This document shows, piece after piece, positions 52,691 through 64,000 of a DNA stretch of 64,000 nt. The notes under the pieces were generated by a model, which had not been told where the DNA came from, ran no database searches, and worked only from the letters and a program-made list of their open reading frames with translations. Position numbers and translations under genes: made by a program. Position 1 is the first letter of the stretch. Each line of letters opens with the position of its first letter. The DNA comes from Octopus sinensis (Eukaryota): positions 186,372,001-186,436,000 of the forward strand of contig NC_042997.1 in the NCBI RefSeq assembly GCF_006345805.1, read 5' to 3'.

Positions 52691-53074
52691 GGTTGACACT
52701 CCGTCGGTTACAACGACGAGGGTTCCAGTTGATCTGACCAACGGAACAGCCTGCTCGTGAAATTAATGTGCAAGTGGTTGAGCCCTCCACAGATATGTGT
52801 ACCCTTAACAGAGATCTCGGGAGGATTCAGTGTGACGCAGAGTGTGACAAGGCTGGCCCTTTGAAATAGAGGTACAACAAAAACAGGAAGAAAGAGTGAG
52901 AGAAAGTTGTGGCGAAAGAGTATAGCAGGGTTCACCACCACCCCCTGCCGGAGTCTCGTGGAGCTTTAGATGTTTTCCCTCCGTAACCACTCACAACGCC
53001 CGGTCTGAGAATCGAAACTGCGATCCTACAACCGCGAGTCTGCTGCCCTAACCACTGGGCCATTGCGCCTCCAC
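52691..53074 (-). mobile_element. SINE B, full length with TSD
   Basis: Minus head gtggaggcgcaatggcccagtggttagggc...gtttcgattctc; TSD ggt(t/c)ttactgt at 52680-52690 and 53076-53086. Confidence 0.9.
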
Positions 53075-53125
53075 AGGTCTTACTGTATACTGTGCAAATA
53101 ACGATTTATTATAAATACAGTATTG

Positions 53126-53342
53126 AAGTGGTGAGCTGGCTGAATCGTTAGCACACAGGGTGAAATTCTTAGCGGTATTTCACCTGTCACTATGTTCTGA
53201 GTTCAAATTCCACCGAGGTCGACTTTGCCTTTCACCCTTTCGAGGTTGATAAATTAAGCACTAGTGAAACCTTGGGGTCCGTGTGAGCGACTGTCCCCCT
53301 CCACATAAAATTCAGGCTTTGTGCCTATGGTAGAAAGGATTA
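53126..53342 (+). mobile_element. SINE C with the alternative tail
   Basis: gtggtgagctggc...ccgaggtcgactttgcc...tttgtgcctatggtagaaaggatt. Confidence 0.85.
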
Positions 53343-53592
53343 TATATACAGTATTACACATGCATTTTTACTGTAATATCTAATTCATTCACGTCAGGAG
53401 TCATGGTGTGTCAGCTAGAAGCTGTACGTTTTGCAATATTCCGTCCATAACTTTTCAAGTAGCATACAAGCTGTCTTGAAAATTCCGTCAAAGTCGAATT
53501 TGTGTTTCATTCTATACTAAATCTTGAACTGCACTGATATAAGCATCAAAAATGTTACAAAAGCTCAATGAAGTAGGAGTAGGAGTGGCTGT

Positions 53593-54010
53593 AGGCGTAA
53601 GAGTTGCTGTGTGGTAAGTAGCTTGCTTACCAACCACATGGTTCCGGGTTGAGTCCTACTGCGTGGCACCTTGGGTAAGTGTCTTCTATTATAGCCTCGG
53701 GCCGACCAAATCCTTGTGAGTGGATTTGGTGGACGGAAACTGAAAGAAGCCCGTCGTATATATATATATATTATATATATATATATGTACGAGTGTGTTT
53801 GTGTGTCTGTGTTTGTCCCCCCAACGTCGCTTGACAACCAATGTTGGTGTGTTTACGTCCCCGTAACTTAAAGGTTCGGCAAAAAAAGAGACAGATAAAA
53901 CATAAGTACTAGGCTTACAAAGAATAAGTCCTGGAGTCGATTTGATCGAGTAAAGGCGGTGCTCCAGCATGGCCACAGTCACATGACTGAAACAAGTAAA
54001 AGAGTAAAGA
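53593..54010 (+). mobile_element. SINE A, full length
   Basis: Head, CORE-like box and tail ggcggtgctccagcatggccacagtcacatgactgaaac. Confidence 0.9.
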
Positions 54011-54490
54011 CTAAAGAGAAGTGCAGCTCTTTTCTGATTTTTTTTTCCACCCCAAATCTTAAGAAAATGACTGCAAAATTGTATGACTTTTCCTGACATC
54101 ACCTCCTGATATAAGTGACTTTAATACACCAAGCCATAACTTATCAATGAATTTTAAATAAGCTGTCAAACATACTGACAGGACAAATCATTTTGTCCAC
54201 ACTGAAACAGAATTCTTTCAGCTATAAATTTCGGAAAAAAAGTGGATTTGGGTGTCAACAAGATCAATATTACTAGAAACAGGTTTTCCAATTTTGCTTC
54301 AATTGTCCTTTGATTTCTTTTCTGTAAACTGTCATATCTTTTTTAGCAAGTGACTACATTTTGACTTGTGAACGTTATAAGCCATGATAAGTATTTAACT
54401 ATGTCATAAGTTGAAATAATGGATTTTATTGTTTACGAGTAATAAAATAAATTTATGTTGAATGTATTGTATAGATAGTATATAAATGTA

Positions 54491-54893
54491 GCAAGAAACG
54501 TTAGCACGCCGGGCGAAATGCTTAGCAGTATTTCGTCTGCCGTTATGTTCTGAGTTCAAATTTCGCCGTGGTCGACTTTGCCTTTCATCCTTTCGGGGTC
54601 GATTAAATAAGTACCAGTTACGCACTGGGGTTGATGTAATCGACTTAATCCGTTTGTCTATCCTTGTTTGTCCTCTCTGTGTTTAGCCCCTTGTGGGTAA
54701 TAAAGAAATAGGTATTTCGTCTGCCGCTACGTTCTGAGTTCAAATTCCGCCAAGGCCGACTTCGCCTTTCATCCTTTCAGGGTCGATAAATCAAGTACCA
54801 GTTATGCACTGGGGTCGATGTAATCGACTTAATCCGTTTGTCGGTCCTTGTTTGTCCCCTGTATGTTTAGACCCTTGTGGGCAGTAAAGAAAT
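54491..54893 (+). mobile_element. SINE C dimer
   Basis: Second unit restarts at ggtatttcg (54711). Confidence 0.9.
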
Positions 54894-55913
54894 ATATTAT
54901 TGTGCCCTTGAATTACTGGTGGTATTCCTTGGAAACTAGAGATATTACTGGTGATATCATACGAAGAGAGTTTGTCGGTTCCGATGGAGTTCTATAACTA
55001 ATTCTAGTTACTGTTATAGCTTTCTGGTGTTCTACCATACTCGAGGTCTCCAGTTTATTTTACTGTTTTCTGATTATGTTAGGATACTGTTGTATGACTA
55101 ATTCAGGTCTTTAATATAAGGAGCTAGTATAAGGAATTGTAGATATTAGATATTAGACAAGTTCAGATATCGGATTATATGGTACTAGTAGTTCGACTGT
55201 GATAAGGTACAAGTTTAGATCTGTAGCGTTGATTTCTAGTATGCGACTTAGGTACGATGTGATTTCCTGAGTTACCATCTCACACAACTAATGAGTCTTA
55301 TTGCACCCAGTACACGCTACTTAGGTGCTGCTACACTTACTGAACTAATCTTCAATCTACCCAGCTATCTATAGAACTAATGCATTCATATGCATCTGCA
55401 TAGAAAATCCAAATATGTAACTTTTATGAGAACCGCACAATAGTTGCCATAGTTTTGGTGCTAATTTCACCTACTATCAGCAAATAATTTTATGTCTGCT
55501 CAGTCCGAAATAATTGATTCAGCCATCTAAATATACCCCCAACACAGCTTCATAGTGAATCAGTATTGTTTAACTCCTGGCCAACCGATTGTAAATAACA
55601 ATAGTTATTTGGGAGGATGTAGTTCTGAGGAAAGTTATGGAGTCTTAGGGCGAGATACAACAAGGATGACGACAGCTGTAGAGGAGAGAGAACTGAATGT
55701 ACTTGCGGAAGTGATGTTACATAGTCACCAAGTTCAACAATATAGACGCTATTGTAACAACAGAAGAGACAGTGAGCTAGTTCATGAAGTGTATTGCTGT
55801 ATAAATATTTTCCTGTTATGCAAATAGCTATTTCGAGAATACCATTCAACTGCGTCCAAATACGTTTCCTGCTTCTAAAGCGTAAACCCAGTCTTTGGGA
55901 CGTATTTCCTTCT

Positions 55914-55952
<39 letters not shown>

Positions 55953-55953
55953 G

Positions 55954-55988
<35 letters not shown>

Positions 55989-56122
55989 ATAGAAATGGTA
56001 AGACAACAAAAGAATGAAAGAGACCTCGATATCATATAAATAGAGGAATTTATCTGTAAATGTAATATGTGACAATTATTCGGTAGCCATGATAAAACTC
56101 CGAGCATTTTTTCCGATGGCCG

Positions 56123-56184
56123 GATAACTGAAGAGAGACGGCGTGGATTTCCACCCCGACATGTCCGAAACTCAGAATTTTATC
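56123..56184 (+). ncRNA. Type I hammerhead motif within a fold-back element (55985-56225)
   Basis: GATAA-CTGAAGA(56128)-gagac...gtcc-GAAAC(56167)-tcaga-ATT-TTATC. The inverted arm preserves ...CTCGGAGTT-TTATC, i.e. a pairing stem III with GUU. Confidence 0.68.
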
Positions 56185-56252
56185 ATAGCTACCGAATAAT
56201 TCTATACATATTAGATTTACAGATATTATATATATTAGATAATATTATATAT

Positions 56253-56295
<43 letters not shown>

Positions 56296-56404
56296 AAATA
56301 TATATATATATATATATTCTCATATAAAATTAGTGTACATTTAAACACAAGAGTAGCGGCTTTTAACAGGCAGCCTTACACACTAGAAGAAGCTGTCAAA
56401 ACTG

Positions 56405-57000
56405 ATTAAAGGAGGGCTGCGAGGCAATCATCACTACAGACTCGGCCGATAGACGGATCCGTTCCACACGTGACAGCAGCCGTTCGACATAACCCCACAA
56501 GACAGCAATGTCCGGACGAGTGCGTGCAGAACGGTTCCGTCACCCTGCGCGCACCTTGGACAAGCCCGTCTGAAAGCACATCCGTGCCTGTAGAGTTCAT
56601 CTCAAATCAGTAGCTTCCTTCGGTAGCATTGCCAGTTCAAGAACATCTGGAAATTATCCATGATAGTTTCCGACCGGAAAACCTTCCGGAATAGACCAAC
56701 CAATTCGTTCCCGTCAGCGCCCAGAGTCTCACCAAGAACATCGTCGCACTCCCCTGCTACTAAACTTTTATGAATTTCTAAAACGAAACATCCACCAATC
56801 CCATTGCCCGACTGATAGAGGGTTGTGAGCGCCTGACATTCTTCATGCCAGGCGCCCAGTCTCGGTCTTTTTTTCACCCAGGACTGCAGTTCCGTCAAGG
56901 AGACGAGCTGCGAAAAGACATGCGTCACAAACGGAGCCCACATACGCTAACCGTCCAGAAATCGGTGCAAGTGGCGTACCTAAGAGCATGTGTGCGCATA
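56405..57000 (-). pseudogene. L1/Tx1-like LINE ORF2 C-terminal fragment
   Basis: WAPFV...MDNFQMFLNWQCYR...RACPRCAQGDGTVLHALV (CxxC...H zinc knuckle); in-frame stop. Confidence 0.75.
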
Positions 57001-57591
57001 ATAACAATAATCTTTTCTGCTATAGGCACAATGCCCGAAATTTGTGGGGGGGGGGATAGTCGACTATATCGACCCCATTGCTTGACTGGTACTTATTTTA
57101 TCGACCCCGAAAGAAGAAAAGGCAAAGTCAACCTCGGCAGCATTTGAACTCAAACCGTAAACACGGATGAAATACCTATTTCTTTACTAGCCACAAGGGG
57201 CTAAACACAGAGAGGACAAACAAGGATAGACAAACGGATTAAGTTGATTTTATCGACCCCAGTGCGTAACTGGTACTTATTTAATCGACCCCGAAAGGAT
57301 GAAAGGCAAAGTCAACCTCGGCGGAATTTGAACTCAGAACACAGCGGCAGGCGAAATACTATTTCTTTACTACCCACAAGGGGCTAAACACAGAGAGAAC
57401 AAACAAGGACAGACAAACGGATTGAGTCGATTATATCGACTCCAGTACGTAACTGGTACTTATTTAATCGACCCCGAAAGGATGAAAGGCAAAGTCAACC
57501 TCGGCGGAATCTGAACTCAGAACGTAGCGGCAGACGAAATACCTCAAAGCATTTCGCCCGGCGTGCTAACGTTTCTGCCAGCTCGCCGCCT
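57001..57591 (-). mobile_element. SINE C trimer
   Basis: Same unit order as 30725-31292, on the opposite strand. Confidence 0.9.
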
Positions 57592-57999
57592 TTTAACCCA
57601 CCAATAACAATGAGATAATTTTTAATACGTCCACCTGCCGATGTATTATAACAAACAGTACCACCCTGTATTGATATGGAGATGCGTATAGATAACATTC
57701 TCACAGCCCCACCCCGATCAACAGAACCGTACCCTCCCATGGCCACCACCACTACCACCACTCACTGTCACCACCATCACAAACACTAAATAAAAATCAG
57801 GTGCCTCTCAGCCCCATGTCAAGCTTGACTAGAAAATGTCCATAAAAGGTCACCTCCTTAAATCAACATGTCAGACATCTTATCTGACATGTTTTCAGGC
57901 CTGGAAATCAAGGAAGGGGGGGCGCTTTAGGGACTGATGAGTATAATAGGGAGGAGAAGGGATAAGAAAGAGAGAATGAAGAGATCAATAATAATAATG

Positions 58000-58215
58000 A
58001 TAATAATGATCCTTTCTACTGTGGGCACAAGGCTTGAAATTTGGAATTGGAGACAAGTCGATTACATCGATCCCCAGTGTATCACTGGTACTTAATTAAT
58101 CGACCCCGAAAAGATGAAAGGCAAAGTCGAACTCGGCGACTAAGAACGTAAAGACGGACGAAATGCCGCTAAGCATTTTGTCCGACGTGCTAACGACTCT
58201 GCCAGCTCACCGCCT
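58000..58215 (-). mobile_element. SINE C with the alternative tail
   Basis: Minus: aggcggtgagctggcagagtcgttagc...ccttgtgcccacagtagaaaggatcatt. Confidence 0.85.
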
Positions 58216-58832
58216 ATTAATAATAAAAAAAAAAAAAATAATTAATTCTTTTATTGGCCACAAGGGCTGACAAAAATTAAATATCACATAAAGGGACAAA
58301 ACAGGACGAAAGTTTACAAGGGGTTTTGTCCGTTTGTAAAATCGAGTAAAAAACAGTTTAACAACGAAAGATTATAACAATGAAAATCTAATAATAATAA
58401 TAATAATAATTAATAATGCATACCATGTTATCAGTGCACTTGCTCCAAAAATACTTCTCTCCTCCTCCCCTTCATCATCATCATCTTCAGCAGCAGCATT
58501 ATCATAAATCAAGAACATCTTTAATGCTTTTAATTACCGAAAGAACGCCATACGCTCGACATGCAGTCAAATTTCTATCATATTGAAACCGTACAGTAAC
58601 CAGGGATAAAACAAAACAAAAAAAGAAAAAGAAAAGAAAAACAAAGAAGGGAAAAGATACATACTGGATAGCATAAATAAGCATTGTCTGAAATAAAGAC
58701 GGGTTGGTCGAAGCTGGAACGTATTTGACCATCCAGAGTTCACGTGTGGGTTAAACAACAGTACTGTCGTGATGATGATGATGATGATGGATGATGATGA
58801 TGATGATGATGGTGGTGATGATGATGATGATG

Positions 58833-58863
<31 letters not shown>

Positions 58864-59416
58864 TGATGAAGATGATGATGGAGAGGAGGAGGAGAAGGGG
58901 AGGGGAGAAGGGGAGGGGAGGAAGAAGAAGAGGAGGGGAGGAGGAAGAAGAAGAGGAGGGGAGAAGGAAGAAGTGGATCATCATCATCGTCTCGCCGTCG
59001 TCGTCGTCGTTATCGTCATCTCTATCAAAACCCTCACTTATCTTAACATTCTCATCTCACTTCACCGCCATCATTATCGATATCCCCATCATCTTCATCA
59101 CTATCAATAGTAATACGTATGTATGTATGTATGTGTGTTTTCTTTTGATTTTAGTTGTTTTGAAGTCTTCCTGCAAGGAAAGAGCTTGTTTATGACAAAG
59201 ATACAAAGCTTCATCGTTGGAATGTAGATAACAAAACCAATGTCACATTTTAAACTGGAAAAATAATTCTTACATTATATGTATGCATTTATATATATAT
59301 ACATATATATTTAAACTAGTCGTGTGCATACGTGCATATATATCTATGTATACGTTCGTATATATAAGTATTCGTATGTTATATATATATTTGTATTTAT
59401 GTGCTATCTGAGTATA

Positions 59417-59473
59417 TTCCACTGATGAAGGCAGAACATTTATTATGCAGAGTCAGAAAACCGGGATCTGGAA
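59417..59473 (+). ncRNA. Degenerate type I hammerhead motif
   Basis: TTCCA-CTGATGA-aggc...gtca-GAAA-accggg-ATC-TGGAA; stem I perfect, stem III damaged. Confidence 0.55.
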
Positions 59474-59715
59474 TTATCCAGTAATTTTTTTTTTTTTGCT
59501 AGTTTATTTTGTCTCTTTGTCTTCTCTATTGATGCTGTATGAACATTTAATGTGATTTTAAAGTCAAGTTTTGGCTGTTATTTCCAGCGTGGTGGTATCT
59601 CTTAGAAACCCTAAATTATAGTTTTAATAATAACTATTACCTTTGAAGGTTTTTATTCCCATGCTGGCCACCTGAAAAGATCGGTATTTAAATAACGGTC
59701 TTATCCTTATTATAT

Positions 59716-59761
<46 letters not shown>

Positions 59762-59846
59762 TTAGAGACAAAACCACTATTTTGCAAAACAAACAAGGAA
59801 TGACTTAATCAATACATAAAATTTTAATAAATAGTCAAAAAAACCG

Positions 59847-59889
59847 CCACTACAATTATTTCTTGTCTTGATCGACAATCTTCAGGTGG
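59847..59889 (-). ncRNA. Type I hammerhead, mirror copy (GAAAT variant)
   Basis: Reverse complement of 59942-59984 with a C>T change giving U-G in stem III. Confidence 0.75.
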
Positions 59890-59941
59890 GCTTCCAATAA
59901 GTCAGTTTCAAATTATAATTTGAAACTGACTTATTGGAAGC

Positions 59942-59984
59942 CCACCTGAAGATTGTCGATCAAGACAAGAAACAATTGTAGTGG
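59942..59984 (+). ncRNA. Canonical minimal type I hammerhead ribozyme
   Basis: CCAC-CTGAAGA-TTGTC-gatcaa-GACAA-GAAAC-AATT-GTA-GTGG; predicted cleavage after 59980. Confidence 0.88.
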
Positions 59985-60162
59985 CGGTTTTTTTGACTAT
60001 TTATTAAAATTTTATGTATTGATTAAGTCTTTCCTTGTTTGTTTTGCAAAATAGTGGTTTTGTCTCTAATAATATTTTATAATATTTTACTATAAAATTG
60101 GATCTAATCCTAAATCTGATTTTTTTTCCGTGTAAATTTGGATTTATTCCCTAATATTTATT

Positions 60163-60197
<35 letters not shown>

Positions 60198-60299
60198 TAC
60201 GCGTACGTATGTCTATAAATGTGTGTTCATGTGTACGTGTGTATGTATATGATAATATATGTATGTTATATATATGTATGTGTACGCACACATACACAC

Positions 60300-61080
60300 A
60301 GCCACTGCTCCTCTATACTTGAAAGAGTCTTACAGTAATGTTCTGGAGTGACGTAAATAAGTCTGTTTGTAGGTACCTAACGTGTAATAAAAGGATTGTG
60401 AGTCTTAGAACTTAATGCAACTACAAAACTTTCCATTTGCAAGTCTAGGTCGTCGTCTTTTAATTTAAGAGGTTCGGCTTCCTTGAGTAACTGATCCGTG
60501 TGCTGCCTTTGACTATGTTACTGTAAACACGTCGTTTCGTGTCCTTTGTAGATTGTTATATTTTGCTGTGGAAAAGGTTGGAAGATCCTGATGGGCTGAC
60601 ATATACCATAAGGAATTCGAATGTTGTTGCTTCTTTGCGCTGGTCAAATTCCGTGCCTGTGATGGTGGGTGTCTTTGGAAAATGTTTTTATTTTGCAGTT
60701 GATATGTGATAAAGAGATGTAAAAATGATTAGAAGCTAGTCGGATGAGTCTGTAGGATATTTTTATTACGTTGCGGCAGTTAGATGTACAGGAAGGTGTT
60801 GTTGCATGTAGCTTCGAGATATATTCGAGTATTTGCCAAATCGTTTAAGATAAAGAGTTTATTTAAAGTATTTTGTCGCACCCTGTGTTATTTGTATTGC
60901 TTTTCTACCAGGATGTCTCACGTTCAAAGGAATCTCCTATCTCAGTTATGATATATATAAAAGTGTCTTAAGACATTGTATTGAAGGATGTAAGCTAGAG
61001 AAGCAACTGGAAGTGGTTGAATTTGTGTATGTGTTTATTACGGCAATGTTTCGACTCGTATGCTTTTATTTTCGAATAAA
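60300..61080 (-). pseudogene. Possible highly decayed Penelope-like coding remnant
   Basis: Minus-strand TNSTTSSCFSSLHP (cf. PLE thumb motif TxxxxYLxFxSxHP) and NRLIY downstream; otherwise unreadable. Confidence 0.3.
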
Positions 61081-61096
61081 TAGAATTCTCCTTGCA

Positions 61097-61311
61097 TTAC
61101 TCTTTTACTCTTTTACTTGTTTCAGTCATTTGACTGCGGCCATGCTGGAGCACCGCCTTTAGTCGAGCAACTCGACCCCGGGACTTATTCTTTTTGTAAG
61201 CCCAGTACTTATTCTATCGGTCTCTTTTTGCTGAACCGCTAGGTGACGGGGACGTAAACACACCAGCATCGGTTGTCAAGCAATGCTAGGGAGACAAACA
61301 CAGACACACAA

Positions 61312-61348
<37 letters not shown>

Positions 61349-61511
61349 CATATATACGACAGGCTTCTTTCAGTTTCCGTCTACCAAATCCACTCACAAG
61401 GCATTGGTCGGCCTGGGGCTATAGCGGAAGACACTTGCCCAAGATGCCACGCAGTGGGACTGAACCCAGAACCATGTGGTTGGTTAGCAAGCTACTTACC
61501 ACACAGCCACT
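61097..61511 (-). mobile_element. SINE A, near full length
   Basis: Family A consensus on the minus strand. Confidence 0.9.
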
Positions 61512-61776
61512 ATTCATACAAACACAAATTTAAACTTTTAATTGGTTGTTTATTTTACTAGTGAGTTTTCACGGATCCGATTCACTACCGAGTATCATTT
61601 ATCCTAAATATGTACCGGACGTGTGACTTTTAACATGTTATGAGGCTTCCCTCGCGGTTTGGCCTACGCCGCTTTATCGTAGTGCATTTTGGAATTTAAG
61701 GCGCGGTGTTGAGCCGTATTTTCTTTTCTTATATGCATGAATTGCTCTTATTATCATGGTTGTTGCTGTTGTTATG

Positions 61777-61812
<36 letters not shown>

Positions 61813-61816
61813 ATTA

Positions 61817-61869
<53 letters not shown>

Positions 61870-61989
61870 GTCATCATCATCATCATCATTATCATCCTCA
61901 TCATCATTACCAACATACTATTCTGTATGCTACTTAAAACGTCTATCCTACAGACACAGAAACTAACATACACGTGTATGTGAATGTGT

Positions 61990-62052
<63 letters not shown>

Positions 62053-62185
62053 TAGATAAACCCAATCATACCTGAATACATGCATACATATGTATGTATA
62101 CATATGTGCACACATATATATATATATATATATATATGTGTGTATGTGTGTGTGTGTGTATGTGTCTATAGGTACATATACATAC

Positions 62186-62218
<33 letters not shown>

Positions 62219-63016
62219 TGTATGTATGCATGTATGTATGTATGTATGTATGTTTGGAGTATACACGCACTCAGATACAATGTGCATGGGTGCACGCACA
62301 CGAAAGTAAAGTTGATCACATTCTACCAAGAAACAATAACACCACTGACAGCAGCAGCAACAACAACAACAGCAACAATAGCAACCACAACCTCATTATC
62401 ATTAGCAACAACAACAACAACAACAACAGCGGAAGCAGCAGCAGCAGCAGCTAGAGCAGCATGTTATCTATAATGTTGAACAACCAATAAATTAATTAGA
62501 TAGAACGACACCCCCCACCACCACCACCTTATCCATTCCTTGCCCCACCCCCCACCACCACCATCTCAGCTGCACATCCAGCGCCGTCTTTATGATCAGG
62601 AATTAACAATTAAACCCAACCAACAACCCACCTATAATTAGTATTAATACTTCCCCCAACTCACACACCCTCTCTCTCTCTCTCACTGTTACCTTGAAAT
62701 CGATGATTTTTCTCAACTAAATTTAATTAAATCTACAACTTTATTTCGACATTAAAATTTTTTTTATGTGTGTGGGCAAGGATGGAGGGAGAGAGGAGTG
62801 CATTAAATTCTTTTACATTATTTTGTATTGTTTTGGGTTCCTTAAGTAGTGGCTTCATTAAATCTTAAATAACACAGCCCTCACTCTCTCTCACACACAC
62901 ACACCTTTTTAAAATTTACGTTAATTGTTCTAATACCTTGTTTGTTGTTATTGTTTGTAGAAAATCTATTTTTGATCAGAGATTAATATTAACGAATTTG
63001 GGTAATAGAAGGGTGG

Positions 63017-63065
<49 letters not shown>

Positions 63066-63127
63066 AGATAATGTGCGTGTATATATGTGTGTATAGATGT
63101 ATCTATCTATAATATAGATATAATATA

Positions 63128-63175
<48 letters not shown>

Positions 63176-63184
63176 GAACATACT

Positions 63185-63220
<36 letters not shown>

Positions 63221-63316
63221 GATATATATATATATATACATATATTATATATCATACATATATATATATATATATAATATATATACATACATATATACCA
63301 TATACATATAAACATG

Positions 63317-63362
<46 letters not shown>

Positions 63363-63852
63363 CATGTGTGTGCGTGTGCGTGTTTCTTTTCTTATATCGC
63401 ATAAAAGAGTAAAATATACCGTAGAAGTCACGCATGCGTGCAAATAGCTCTTTTTCTCTTTCTTTTTGCTAGTTGTGTAAGGGAAGTTTCAGAAATGTTA
63501 TTATAGTTGTCGTTTTTGTTCTTGTTGTTGATGATGATGATGATGACGACGACGACGATGACGACAATGACAACGACGATGATTGCGGTGAAGAGGATGT
63601 GATGATTGCGACGACGACGACGACGACGACGAGGATAATATTGCCTTGTCCTGGAACAACTCTGATCGAACTGATCAATAATCGAAAATGTTCCAGTCTT
63701 GACCATTCGTTTCTTTTTGTATAGCAGTGCTCTGAACCAATTAAGCTAAACCGCCACATGTATGCCAGATTAAAGGATAAAGGAATCAAGATGCATTATA
63801 ACAATTGTGAACGCATATTAGCGATATATATTTTACTGAATATTTTAGAATT

Positions 63853-64000
63853 AGACGCAGGAGTGGCTGTGTGGTAAGTAGCTTGCTAACCAACCACATG
63901 AGTCCGGATTCAGTCCCACTGCGTGGCATCTTGGGCAAGTGTCTTCTACTATAGCCCCGGGCCGACCAATGCCTTGTGAGTGGATTTGGTAGACGGAAAC
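63853..64000 (+). mobile_element. SINE A head, cut by the window end
   Basis: agacgcaggagtggctgtgtggtaag...ggcatcttgggcaagtg. Confidence 0.9.

Larger units (their letters stand above)
59755..60076. repeat. 322-bp spacerless palindrome (two mismatches)
   Basis: 161-bp arms centred on aattataatt (59911-59920); an ~90-bp unpaired tail follows; flanked by (TA)n. Confidence 0.97.

Noticed and set aside
55555-55849. Overlapping non-repetitive ORFs (90-99 aa)
   Set aside because: No recognisable motif or exon boundaries; probably decayed repeat.

Overview
Repeat-saturated, AT-rich animal genomic DNA. The SINE families and extreme microsatellite density suggest an octopus/cephalopod intergenic or intronic region (inference, not verified). 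I found no intact protein-coding gene; nearly all supplied ORFs are microsatellite or SINE artefacts. Supported features: two tandem tRNA-Ser(AGA) genes; many copies of at least four tRNA-derived SINE families (labelled A-D by me); decayed LINEs (CR1/L2-like, L1/Tx1-like, R4/Dong-like with restriction-like endonuclease, RTE-like, Jockey/I-like); mariner/Tc1 remnants; a hAT MITE with target-site duplication; and 60-bp and 21-bp minisatellites. The most interesting signal is about a dozen type I hammerhead ribozyme motifs (CUGANGA...GAAAC...NUH, mostly with a palindromic stem III) in short, sequence-diverse non-coding elements within microsatellites. Several form long fold-back palindromes with a hammerhead on each strand, as in Penelope-like inverted pseudo-LTRs. 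One forms the tail of a tRNA-headed (Pol III) SINE. All structures were read by eye; ribozyme activity and novelty are untested.
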